This document shows positions 7,464 to 17,868 of a stretch of 64,000 bases of DNA, in pieces. A program made the translations under genes and the position numbers. Location: contig OY970194.1 in NCBI GenBank assembly GCA_963708075.1, positions 5,408,001-5,472,000 of the forward strand. Direction: 5' to 3'. The notes beneath the pieces are model-generated. The model made no database searches. It was not told the origin of the DNA and worked only from the letters and a program-made list of their open reading frames with translations. This DNA comes from Sedimentisphaerales bacterium (GTDB taxonomy: Bacteria > Planctomycetota > Phycisphaerae > Sedimentisphaerales > Anaerobacaceae). The number at the start of each line of letters is the position of its first letter. The first letter of the stretch is position 1.

Positions 7464-10400
7464 CACGCGCATCGTACGGCGGTGGAACCAGCGAGTTGAG
7501 ATACTCCTCCAGGTTCGTGTAGCCGTCACCGTCGCGGTCTTGAGGTCCATCCGCAGAGTCATTGGAATTGAGGTTGTGTGAGCGCTCCCACTCGTCGGGC
7601 ATGCCGTCGTGATCGGAATCGGCTGGCGGAGGCGTGGACTTCAGAGTCGGCCAGCCGCCCACGGCCTTCTGCGAGTCGATGATCCCTTTTCCGCCGCCGC
7701 CCCAGGTTTCACCGTACGTGGCGGTTCCCGTGCGGATCTCCTCGATAATGCGGGCGTCCACCGCATCGCGGGCGAGCGAGGCGCCCGCATGCTTCAGCAC
7801 GAGTTCAAAGGCTTCCTCCGCCGTCTGCGTTCGCACGGGTGCGACGACGAATGGGTCATTCACACGCAGGGTCGCCTGCGAAGCGCCCTGGTCCGGCTGG
7901 AAGTCGATGCCGCCGGCCCAGTTATCTGTGGAGATTGCGGGGAAACCCCAGACGAAATTGCCCTGGGTGAACGCCTTGCTGCGCGGATCGCTCTGGATGA
8001 AGATCCTGCGGCGGACGTCCTTGTCGGTGGCGGGGCCGTACTTGTAGTAATTATTGATCCAGTTACGAGGCCAGCCCTCGCCGCCATAGGAACTGTTGAA
8101 GCCCCAGTTGTAGATCACATTGTTGCGGAAGTCCATCAGGCCGGATTCCTTGTTGCCCGAGGCGCGGGGGTTACGGCTGGCGTGGTGTGCGAGAATGTTG
8201 TGGTGCCAGGAGCCGCCGGGCCCGCCCCAGAGTCCGCCGTAGCCGTGCTTGCCTTTCTTGTGAATCGAGCCGTGCAGGCTCTCCGTGACCATGCACCACT
8301 GCGCCGTCAGATTGGAGGCCTTGTTGATGGAGAAGGTTCTCATCGACGCTCCAACTGGCGGAGCAGTGATCGATCATGACGTACTGGCCGTTGCCGCCAA
8401 AGCTGTCGGATTCCTGCCGGCACTCATCGCCCAGACGAAACCGCATATAGCGGATCGTTACATGGTCGGCCTCGAAACTCGTCTTGTAGTTCTTCACACA
8501 AATCCCATCGCCCGGCGCCGTCTGGCCGGCAATGGTGATGTATGGATTCTTGATTTTGAGCGGAGACTGCAGCGGGATCGTGCCGGAGACGCGAAATACG
8601 ACTGTGCGTGGTCCCTTGGCCTCGCAGGCCTCGCGGAGACTGCCCGGACCCATATCGTGGAGATTGGTCACCTCAAAGACCCGTCCGCCCCGTCCCCCGA
8701 GCGTGTACTTGCCAAAGCCTTCAGCGCCGGGAAACGCCGGCGCACGATCCGGCGCATTCTTCTCAGAATCACCTTGCCGCTCACCTCGCCATAGTCTATC
8801 TGGCACCGCCAGCCCGCCGGCAGGACCACGCGGTCGAACCGGCCCTCCAATCTCTTCACACCCTCAAACAGGGCAAATACGCTCGCCTGGTGTGGCTCGT
8901 ACCGGCCGGCAAACTGCACTTCCAGCGTGCCGCCCAGCCGCCACTGCCCGCCGGTGACAGGCTGCAGAACATGGTCGCCGGAAATGACAAACGTCATCAC
9001 AGAATCCGGACCGAGCGAATACTTCTCGCTTTCCGCGATTTCTCCACGGATGCGACGCGGTACGGCTGAGGAGGTCTCTCGCAGCGTGGTGCCCCGCAAC
9101 AGGACGTTCGGGTCGGCAACGAAGCCGGCGCGTTTCGCTAACGGCCAGACAACTCGCTCGTCGTCGCCGGCCCGCGGGCCGATTTGCTCGAAGGGGACTC
9201 GCTGGAAGCCTTGCAGCGAGTAGGCGGGCGAATCGTCGCGCAGGGCCAGGTTCAGGTTCTGCTCATCGACGAACCGCGGGTCCTGGTCCTCGATGTTATT
9301 CTCGATGGCGTAGAAGTCGAACCCGCCGCAGGCCCCGAGGCAGTTCTTCTCCAGCCATCGCTTGTTCTGCCGGCCGATGTTGGCGCGGATGACACAGCCT
9401 TCCGGCTCCTTCGCCTGCTCGTAGCCATTGTCGAGGATATGAGCCAGGCGCGGGTATCGCGTGCTCCACGGCGGCTCCGTGTAGTTGTATCGCTTGATCT
9501 TGTCGAGCAGTTTCCAGCTCTCGTCCTTGTCGATCCAGACCTTGCCGCGGCGGTCGGTGAAATGGGCCGAGCCGCACTTGGCGATCACATTGTTCTCGAT
9601 GGCGTTGTCGCGTCCGCCGCCGCACATGATCGCCCGCCCGCTGATCTGATAGAAGGTATTGCCAAAGACCGTGATGCCGCTGGCGCAGTCGTCGAGATAG
9701 ACCGCGTGGACGCCATTCGAGCCGGGCAGGTTGCTCTTGATATCGTGGAAAAAGTTGTGGCGGATGATGTTGCCGCGCAGGCCCCAGTCCCGGCCGCAGT
9801 AGATCGAGCCGGCGTCGTCCACCTCGTAGCAGACGCTGTGGATTTCATTCAGCTCGATCAGATGCTCGTTCCCACCGAAGAGGATTGCCGAGTGCGGCCC
9901 GTCGTAGAGCAGGTTGTTGCCGGCGATGCAGCCGACGCCGTTGATCTGAATCGCCGGGGCGTAGGTCCGCTCCCACCGGCCGAAATCATGGATGCGGCAA
10001 TCACGCGCGAAATTCCCGCATGAGATCAACTGTCGTCGATCCCCGCCCGACAGCGACACGCCCGTCTCGCCAATCCCGTGAATCTCGCAGTGCGTGACGC
10101 CGTTGTTCTCCCCCGACAACGTGATCCCATCCTTTCGAATGTTGCGGATCGTGCAATTGGCGACGAGATTGTCGCGCCCGCCGGAGATTTCGACGCCGTT
10201 GCCGGCGCCCATTTCAACAGTGAGCCCCTCAACATGGACGTACGATACATCTTTCATGGAGATGAGGGCCTGGGCCAAGGTGGAGATTTGAATCTCGGCT
10301 CCCTGCAGCTCCGAAGGCGGCCAGAAGTACAGGATATGCTGCTCGCGATCAAGGTACCACTCGCCGGGCCGGTCGATCTCCTCGAGCAGGTTGAGGACGT

Positions 10401-12057
10401 AATAAGGCTTGTTCGCCTGAATCCCGTAGCTCGGGGACTTGGCCAGCGTGATTTTCTTGTTTGTCGTATCGATTGACGCGATCTTCTCGATGCGATTGGC
10501 CCAGCCATGTCGCCAATAGCCGGCGGCGTAGGCGTCGGGAGCCTTGAGCCACCGCTCGGGCCGGGGATCATCGTAGCCGAACGTGATGTCATTCTCCGCC
10601 GAGCGGGTACTCACGAATCCCTCGTCGGGCCAGCGCGCCAACGGCATCAATTCGCCGTTGAGGCTCAGCTCTGTTCGCAGGGGCTCGCCGTATTCGGTAA
10701 CGCCATTCGACGCCAGATCGATCTTGAGGCATTGGCCGCGAGCTGCCGGATCGAGGCGCGACCAGACTGGATCCGCCTCTGTGACTGGAGAGAGCCAGTC
10801 CGGCTGAAGCTCGCGGCCGCCGATGAGGCAGACCTCTTCACCCGGATAGGCGCGGTAGGTGATCGGCTTGTTCGGCTCGCCGGAATCCTGGCCGATGAGA
10901 GCGAAGGACTGCGTGCGGAAGTACTTGCCTTCGCGGAGCCAGACCTTGATGCCGCCGACGGGCAGGCCCGGCGTTCTCTGCTGCCGGATGGTGTCCCGGG
11001 CCTTCTCCAGCGTGGCGAATGGCTTCTCCACCGTACCGGCATTCGTATCGTTGCCATCCGTCGCGACGTAGAGGAAGCGCGGGCGGATCGCTTCGCGTAT
11101 GGCAATGAGCTGTCTGAGATGAGGCTCATAAATCCTGCCGTCGGGCGAGCAATGGATGTCCATCGTGACAGCGCCCTCCTGGGCGTTGACCTTGCGGAGG
11201 TATTCGATCATCCAGTCGTCGCTCTTGCGAGGCCCGTCGGCCCTGCCCCACTGGGTGCCGAGGTAGGACAGCAGGTGCCATTGCAGGCCGCCCTGGGCCT
11301 GGTTGGATTGCGGGGTCGCGCCGAACTCGTTCTGCTCGCCGGCGGTGTAGTCCTGCTGGTCCGTGAGCTTGTTGAAGGCGTGCCCGATGTCGGCGCCGGG
11401 ATTGAAGGCGATGATACTGTCGGGATTGCCGGCGCGCACGGCTGCCGCCCAGGTGTTCCAGTTGAAGGGCTTCGACAGATCGTCCCACCCGTCCCTGTTG
11501 TAGGAGCCGTCGAACCACCAGCCGCAGACCTTCCGCCCATAGCGCTCAGACCACTCGCGAATCACCTCGGACCACTTGCGGGTGAATTCCTGCGGGGCCG
11601 GCTGCTGTTCATTGACATCGTTGAGATTCGCCATCGCCTGCGCGTCCTGCTGCGGGCTGCGCGAGGGCAGATAGAGCATCAGGCGGATGCCTTTCTTGCT
11701 GAGGGCGTCGGCGATCTCCATGGGCAGGTCCCGCCTGGAGCAGCGTTGTCCGCTCGGGTAGCCCGCGTATTTCTCATACGTAGCGTTGGGACTGCAATAG
11801 TAGCCGGAGTTCTGCCCAAGCGTAAAGACCAGATAGGCGGCGCCGGTCTGCGCGACCTGGTCGGCGAATCGTCCCACGTCGAACGAGTTGACTCTGTCAT
11901 TCCAGTCGGGCCCGCCACCGAGATAGTGAACGAAAACCCCGTATCCGGCGTCTGCGAGCCAATCTTTACTGTTGTCCTTGTTCTGGGCGGGGTCGGAAGC
12001 GGCCGCGTGCGCCGTGGCCCACAGGAGCGTCACAAGCATCACCGTGACGTGCTTCAT
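7453..12057 (-). CDS. Secreted multidomain CAZyme: GH29-like TIM barrel + right-handed beta-helix (GH141-like) + pectate lyase (PL1-like); two single-base frameshifts at about 8750 and 8340
   Basis: ORFs 8668..12057, 8171..8806 and 7453..8343 join into one frame; motifs 'GWWFDGSY', 'YVATDGND...PFATLEKAR', 'PAFPGAEGFG..T.GGRGG', 'DHCSASWSVDE', 'RNPR', 'DSDHDGMPDEWE'. Confidence 0.75.
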
Positions 12058-12078
12058 GGAATCTCCTCTATCTATGCG

Positions 12079-13560
12079 TTAGATCTTCTCCGGCACCACG
12101 AAAGGTTCGCGGTAATTGCGTGACACGAGCATGTTGGCCGACTCGCTGAATGGACCGGTGAACCTCTCCTGCTGCGGATCGAAGGTGAGCAGGGGACCCA
12201 TGTGGATCGGCGTCTTCTTCAGGTCGATCTCGTTGGCGTCCAGGTGAGCGAGGAAGCGGTCGAAGGTCTCGGCCAGGGGCTTCCCGCCTTTGATGGCCTC
12301 CCGGGCCTCGTCACCGGGAACTTCCTTTCCCAGGCGATAGGAGATGTTGCCCAGGTGGACCAGGGCGGCCGAGAGATGGCCCTGCAGGACCGGGCAGACA
12401 AGATCGCTCTCGCGCCGGCTGCGGATCGCATCGAGGAAGTTCGTGCGCAGGTCCGGCGTTGTCGGCTCGAACTTCTTGATGAGCTTGCCGCTGTTATCAC
12501 AGGCGGTGGTGCCCCGCCCTGAGTCGCAGGCGATGTAGCCGCTCTCGCAGCGGATGATCGTGCCAATCTGCGAGCCGCTGTATTCGTCCATGTCGGACGC
12601 TCGCCAGTCGCTCTTGCGCAGTGCCTTGCTCTTCGGCAGGCCGCGGACCTCGAAGAGAATCGGTGCGGGCTCGTAGTCGAGGAAGATAATCTGCGTGTTT
12701 GGCGTCTGGCCGTCGTCCTCGTAACCGAACCGGCCGCCCAGGCTCATCACGTGCGCGGGCAGCGTGTTCTGGCCCAGGCCCCAGCGGCAGCCGTCCATGT
12801 AGTGGATGCCCATATTGCCGAGGTCGCCGTTGCCGGTGTTCCAGTCCCAATGCCAGTCGTAGTGCAGTTGCTCGCGCATCAGCGGACGCTTGTCCGCCGG
12901 GCCACACCAGAGGTCGTAATTCAAGGACTCCGGGATCGGCTGCGGGCCGGCGACTTTCCCGATGCTTGGCCGGGGCTTGTAGTTGAGGCCGTGCGCGTAG
13001 AGAACCTTGCCGAGATTGCCCTGGCGGACATACTCCAGGGCCTCCGCAAATCCTGTCCGCTCGCGCGGGCCGTGCGGGGCCTGCACGATCCGATTGTACT
13101 TGCGGGCCGCCTCGACCATCCGCCGGCCCTCGAAGATCGTGTGCGCCGTCGGCTTCTGCACGTACACGTCCTTGCCGGCCTGGCACGCCCGGATCGTCGC
13201 CAGCGCGTGCCAATGATTGGGCGTCGTGATGATGACGGCGTCCACGTTCTTGTCGTCGAGCAACTCGCGCATGTCGGCGTACGCCTTGACGTTCGGGTCC
13301 TTCTCGCGGAGCTTGTTGACCTGCGGCATGAGGTTGGCGCTGTCACAGTCGCACAGGGCCGTGATGCGGACGCCGGGCTTGGGCAGAAACGCGGCGATTT
13401 CCTTCTTGCCCATGCCGCCGATCTTCACGCTGGACCCGACGCCGATGACCCCCAGGCGGATCGCATCGTTGGCCCCAAGCGCCTTCGAGAGGGGCGAGCC
13501 CAGCACCGCGCCGGCCACCAGAGAACGGCGAATGAACTGTCTGCGATTCAAGGCGTGCAT
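12079..13560 (-). CDS. Gfo/Idh/MocA family oxidoreductase, Tat-exported
   Basis: 'NRRQFI' Tat motif; 'TPNHWH...ACQAGKDVYVQKP'; 'GDLGNMGIHYMD'. Confidence 0.92.
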   Translation of the reverse strand: MHALNRRQFIRRSLVAGAVLGSPLSKALGANDAIRLGVIGVGSSVKIGGMGKKEIAAFLPKPGVRITALCDCDSANLMPQVNKLREKDPNVKAYADMRELLDDKNVDAVIITTPNHWHALATIRACQAGKDVYVQKPTAHTIFEGRRMVEAARKYNRIVQAPHGPRERTGFAEALEYVRQGNLGKVLYAHGLNYKPRPSIGKVAGPQPIPESLNYDLWCGPADKRPLMREQLHYDWHWDWNTGNGDLGNMGIHYMDGCRWGLGQNTLPAHVMSLGGRFGYEDDGQTPNTQIIFLDYEPAPILFEVRGLPKSKALRKSDWRASDMDEYSGSQIGTIIRCESGYIACDSGRGTTACDNSGKLIKKFEPTTPDLRTNFLDAIRSRRESDLVCPVLQGHLSAALVHLGNISYRLGKEVPGDEAREAIKGGKPLAETFDRFLAHLDANEIDLKKTPIHMGPLLTFDPQQERFTGPFSESANMLVSRNYREPFVVPEKI

Positions 13561-13594
13561 TTCAATTCTCCAAACATATCCTGTGTTCTCTTTT

Positions 13595-13688
13595 GGGTGG
13601 CAGCGGCAAGCGCCAGCTTGCCGATGGCGCCTGTGTATGCCCCAAGACCATCGGCAAGCTCCGCAGGCTCCGCTTGCCGCTGCCACCC
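13595..13688. repeat. GGGTGGCA-type REP-like inverted doublet
   Basis: GGGTGGCAGCGGCAAG...CTTGCCGCTGCCACCC; copies at 24097, 45394 and 47939. Confidence 0.88.
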
Positions 13689-13731
13689 ATTATTCTTTTA
13701 CCTTGAGAAGGGTGGCTCATGCAGCGCACGA

Positions 13732-14625
13732 TCAAACCGCGTCCTGCAGAGCGAGAAAGAGCGTGCGGTAATACTTCATCAGGCGAATGGGCTCGGGGCT
13801 TTCGGGAATCTCCGCGTCACAGTAGCCCTGGTAGCCGGACTGCTTGAGCAGTTGGAACAGCTTTCGGTATGGATAGTCTTCGCTGAGCTCGTGCATGTGG
13901 ACGTTGCGGATGCGGTCCTTGACGCTTTCGTAGTTGGCTTCCAGGCCGGGGCCTTTCACGTCGTTCGGGTCGCAGTTCCAGTTCACGTACACGTACGGGC
14001 TCTCGGAGTAATCGACCATCTTCTTGACCTTGCCTACGATGTTCGTCCCGCTGCCATGGACTTCGACGCGGATGTCCACGCCGTGCTCGTGGCCGAACTG
14101 GCCGACCTCCGCGAGCGACTTGCCGATCTGGCGGAGCGTCTGCTCCTCCGGGATGCCTTTGTTCACGAGCAGGGCGTTGGGAAAGACGCGGATGCCGATG
14201 GCGCCGAGGTCCTGCGCGAGGATCGTGTACTCCTTCGTGCCGTCGATGTTCTTTCGCAACTCCGCGGGGTCGGGATAATGGTAGCCGAACCCGCTGGCGA
14301 GGCTGATCTTCAGCCCGGCGTCCTCGAAGCGTTTGCGGACCTCGCGGCGCTGGTCCTTGCTCAAGGCCACCTCGACATGATGAGCGTGGGTCGTGCGAAG
14401 CTCGATGTGCTCGAACCGCGTCGCTGTACAGTTCTTGATGATCGTCGGAATATCCCAGTCCTTGGCCAGGTTGTAGCTCATCAGGCCCAGCCGCAACGGG
14501 GCCTTCGACTGCGGATTGGGGATTGCGGATTGCGGATTCGCAGCGTGTGCTGAGCCCGCAACCAGGGCCGAGGCGGCCAGCGCGGAAGACTTCAAGAGGC
14601 CTCGTCGGGTAAATTCGTGTGACAT
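13732..14625 (-). CDS. Sugar phosphate isomerase/epimerase (xylose-isomerase-like TIM barrel), Tat-exported
   Basis: 'TRRGLLK' Tat motif; 'IELRT.H.H.VE', 'RVEVHG', 'NVHMHE', 'DAEI'. Confidence 0.88.
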   Translation of the reverse strand: MSHEFTRRGLLKSSALAASALVAGSAHAANPQSAIPNPQSKAPLRLGLMSYNLAKDWDIPTIIKNCTATRFEHIELRTTHAHHVEVALSKDQRREVRKRFEDAGLKISLASGFGYHYPDPAELRKNIDGTKEYTILAQDLGAIGIRVFPNALLVNKGIPEEQTLRQIGKSLAEVGQFGHEHGVDIRVEVHGSGTNIVGKVKKMVDYSESPYVYVNWNCDPNDVKGPGLEANYESVKDRIRNVHMHELSEDYPYRKLFQLLKQSGYQGYCDAEIPESPEPIRLMKYYRTLFLALQDAV

Positions 14626-14832
14626 GTCAATTCCTCCAAACATAGTATGGAGACGCAACATCCTGCGTCCATGCACATGGTAGCAACGAATCGTGGGCCG
14701 TCAACGCCGTTCCTGGCTGAACTGGTGGCTTGTGTGTGCCGAAAACAAGGACAGGACCGTTACGTTTTGGCCGCTGGTGGCACTTATATATACTGGGCGA
14801 GGGGAAATCGTTGGGTCAAGGTGATGAGGGAT

Positions 14833-17800
14833 ATGGCTGTATCGAGAATGACGGTTGTGATAATTGCGGTAGTTGCGCTGGGGTTCTGCCCCATTGTCTG
14901 GGCACAGGACAAGGAGAAACCGCCATTGCCGCCTTCGTTCGATCCCAATGCCGTGTGGCGAGAGCAAATCGCACTGCCCGAGGACGCCTTCCTCGTACAT
15001 GGGACCGCACAGGATGAGCCGGCATGGGTGAAGTTCACGATTGTGCAGCAATCTGACGGCCCGGATCAAGTGTACTTCCAGGATGGAAACCGGTACTTGT
15101 TCCACTACCAGTTTGCAGTGGAGCACTTGTCGCCTTTCGCGGGAATGACGCCGGAGCAGTTCGACCAGGTTACCCTCTATTGCGAGGGCCGCAAAGCGGT
15201 GCTCGGCGCCGTTGTTGCCCCTGCACCTGGCATCCTGTCCTCCCAGCCGCGCGAGTATGGCATTCAACTCGTTGGCCGCGATCCATATACGAAGGAAGAA
15301 GTGGCGAAGTGGTGCAGTCTAATCAGCCGGTGTGTCGTGACGCACGAGCCATTCAAGGTGTTCTACTTCCCTACCTATGAGCAGCGGGCTACGGCGGAAG
15401 CCGACCGCGCGTGGCTCGAAGCGCAGGGTTTTCCCGTCAGCTCGTCCGACCGCTGGGCTCAGAGCGACACATGCTACTCTCCCGGCTGGACCATCGGCAC
15501 GCTGAGGAATATCAAAGGCAGTGACATCCGGCAGGCCTATCTCGATGGCTCTCTTAAGCCCACCGATATTCTCTTGACCGACGGCGTGCCCGCGGAGACC
15601 CCGTCCGTGGCGGGGATCATCACGCTGTCGCCGTCCACGCCCAATTCACATGTCGCGATTCTCGCCAAGACGTTTGGCATGCCCTTCGTTCACCTGGCCA
15701 CCGCGGAGACGCAGAAGCTTGCGTCGTCACTGGTTGGCCACAGGATTTGTCTGCGTGCTTACGACACCTACGGCCGGACCGAGATCCGGCTTATCGACGC
15801 TGAGGGCATCCTCGACGATGCGACGGTACAGGAGATCCTCGGCTTGAAGAAAGCGCCGCCGCTGGCGATCTCAGTCATGACGCCACTCGGGTCATACGCA
15901 GCCGGCACCGATGGGCTTATCCCCTCGGACATCAAGCACTTCGGGGGCAAGGCAGCCAATTATGGGATTCTCCGTCGGGCCATCCCCGATGATTGCCCTG
16001 TTGCCGCCGCATTTTCGTTTGACCTGTGGAGCGATTTTCTCGGTCAGACGCTCGCCGATGGGCGCAGTCTTCGCGAGACCATCGCCGGCCGGCTCGCCGC
16101 ATTTACCTATCCTCCCTCGGATGTGGCGGCGCTGTCTTCGACGCTGAATGATATCCGCGACATGTTCACCGATGCCGATGTGACCGGCTTCACCGACCTA
16201 CAGATGCAGACGGTCCTGTCCATTCTGCAGGACCCACAGTACGGCTTCGACCCTCTGCAGAACCTGCGGTTTCGCAGCTCGACGAATGTGGAGGACAGCC
16301 TGGAGTTCACCGGGGCGGGCCTGTACGACAGCTACAGCGGCTGCCTGGGCGACGACCTCGATGGCGACGACGCCGGGCCGTGCCTGTGCGATCCGGAGCG
16401 CAAACGCGAGCGAAGCGTCTTCACCGCGATACGCAAAGTCTTTGCCAGCTTTTACAGTGAGAATGCCTATCTCGAACGCCTGCGACACGGGATCGACGAG
16501 GCCGATGTCGGCATGGCGATGCTGGTCCATCATTCGTTCCCGGATGAGATCGAGCTGGCCAACGGCGTGGCCGAGGTGAACCGCGACGCCTGGTCAAACT
16601 GGCAGATCGAGCTCGTCACGCAGAAAGGGGCGACCTCCGTGACCAACCCCGAGGACAGCAGCATCCCGGAGGAGGTAGACATCTTTGCGTCCCCGCTCGG
16701 TCTGTCCGGCGATGTGACCCCGGAAGAGGCCGCCGGCTCATCGTCGGGGTACGGCATGTACATCGGTCGCGGCCGGCAGTCCAATCTCGTGCCGCTCGGG
16801 GCGACCATCATGCTATGGGAAGATGACTATGCAGCGCTGGCCGAGCTGCTCATGAAGATCGGCGACGAGTTCGCTGCTGTGACCGGCCGGGGCGAGTTCA
16901 CCCTGGAGATGGAGTACAAGAAGATCGCCCCGGATGGCAGGCTCATCATTAAGCAGGTCCGCGAGATTCCGCAGCCGGACAGTACGCCGTCCATTACGCC
17001 GTTCCTCGTGAACGAGCCCACCCGATATTGCGTCCTGCAGGGCGAGTTCGGCGACGTCTTCGCCAATCACCGGCTCAAGTCGTTCTGGCGGATCGAGACA
17101 GGCAATCTCTGGCTCACGGAGAAGAACCTGAGTAGTTGTCTTTACGGGCAGGTGTCTCTCGAATACGAGGCGGAGGGAAAGGTCGGCACGCTGACCGGCC
17201 GGATTTCCGATTGGCCCAAGGCCGCTCACAGCAACGATGAATCGAGCACGACAGATACGTGGCGGATTGGCGAGTTGGAGAACCCGCGCCTCTACAGGCT
17301 GCAGACGAATAACATACCTGCTCTCGTAAGCGCCGCTGAGAGTGCGGTTCTGACCGTGCGAGACTTGGGGTATCTTACGCTCGAAGTCGAGTACGAGAAA
17401 CCTGTGATGAGTTGGCAGTGGCCGGGCCTGGCGCAGAACACAACAGACCAGGTCCGGCTCTGCCCGTACTTCGAGCCCTCGCCGCAGGACCTGTTGCAGC
17501 AGCGGCGGCTTGAAGACTCCAACGGTGTGACCATCGAGACATCCTTCTACTGGCCGCCTTATCCCAAGGGTCCGACAGCCGGTTACACCGCGCCGCTAGC
17601 CCGCTGGGTCGAGACTCGAATCGCCGGATACACCAGCGAGCCCATCGTGCTTCGCGGCTGGTACTCGCAGACGTACAAACCCGAGCACCACAACTTCAGC
17701 GAGCACTTCCTGTTCGAGCCGGAGCTGGAGCCGGGCCTGTCGCCCGCCGTCCTGGCGGAGCTTCGCGAAAAGGACATCCGCTTGATCCATGTCTACACCA

Positions 17801-17868
17801 GCTTCGACGAGCCGACCATCACCACGTACGGGTTCGACCCCCAATTGCCCCCGCCAATCACACCGTGA
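14833..17868 (+). CDS. PEP/pyruvate-binding (PPDK_N ATP-grasp) domain protein with signal peptide
   Basis: Sec-type N-terminus '...VWAQ'; 'SHVAILAK', 'FGGKAANYG', 'RFRSSTNVED...GAGLYDS', 'KVFASFY', 'IKQVR'. Confidence 0.75.
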   Translation: MAVSRMTVVIIAVVALGFCPIVWAQDKEKPPLPPSFDPNAVWREQIALPEDAFLVHGTAQDEPAWVKFTIVQQSDGPDQVYFQDGNRYLFHYQFAVEHLSPFAGMTPEQFDQVTLYCEGRKAVLGAVVAPAPGILSSQPREYGIQLVGRDPYTKEEVAKWCSLISRCVVTHEPFKVFYFPTYEQRATAEADRAWLEAQGFPVSSSDRWAQSDTCYSPGWTIGTLRNIKGSDIRQAYLDGSLKPTDILLTDGVPAETPSVAGIITLSPSTPNSHVAILAKTFGMPFVHLATAETQKLASSLVGHRICLRAYDTYGRTEIRLIDAEGILDDATVQEILGLKKAPPLAISVMTPLGSYAAGTDGLIPSDIKHFGGKAANYGILRRAIPDDCPVAAAFSFDLWSDFLGQTLADGRSLRETIAGRLAAFTYPPSDVAALSSTLNDIRDMFTDADVTGFTDLQMQTVLSILQDPQYGFDPLQNLRFRSSTNVEDSLEFTGAGLYDSYSGCLGDDLDGDDAGPCLCDPERKRERSVFTAIRKVFASFYSENAYLERLRHGIDEADVGMAMLVHHSFPDEIELANGVAEVNRDAWSNWQIELVTQKGATSVTNPEDSSIPEEVDIFASPLGLSGDVTPEEAAGSSSGYGMYIGRGRQSNLVPLGATIMLWEDDYAALAELLMKIGDEFAAVTGRGEFTLEMEYKKIAPDGRLIIKQVREIPQPDSTPSITPFLVNEPTRYCVLQGEFGDVFANHRLKSFWRIETGNLWLTEKNLSSCLYGQVSLEYEAEGKVGTLTGRISDWPKAAHSNDESSTTDTWRIGELENPRLYRLQTNNIPALVSAAESAVLTVRDLGYLTLEVEYEKPVMSWQWPGLAQNTTDQVRLCPYFEPSPQDLLQQRRLEDSNGVTIETSFYWPPYPKGPTAGYTAPLARWVETRIAGYTSEPIVLRGWYSQTYKPEHHNFSEHFLFEPELEPGLSPAVLAELREKDIRLIHVYTSFDEPTITTYGFDPQLPPPITP

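Noticed and set aside
10507..14553. Long + strand ORFs 10507..12123 and 12751..14553
   Set aside because: Antisense shadows of well-supported minus-strand genes, as expected in high-GC DNA; no motifs
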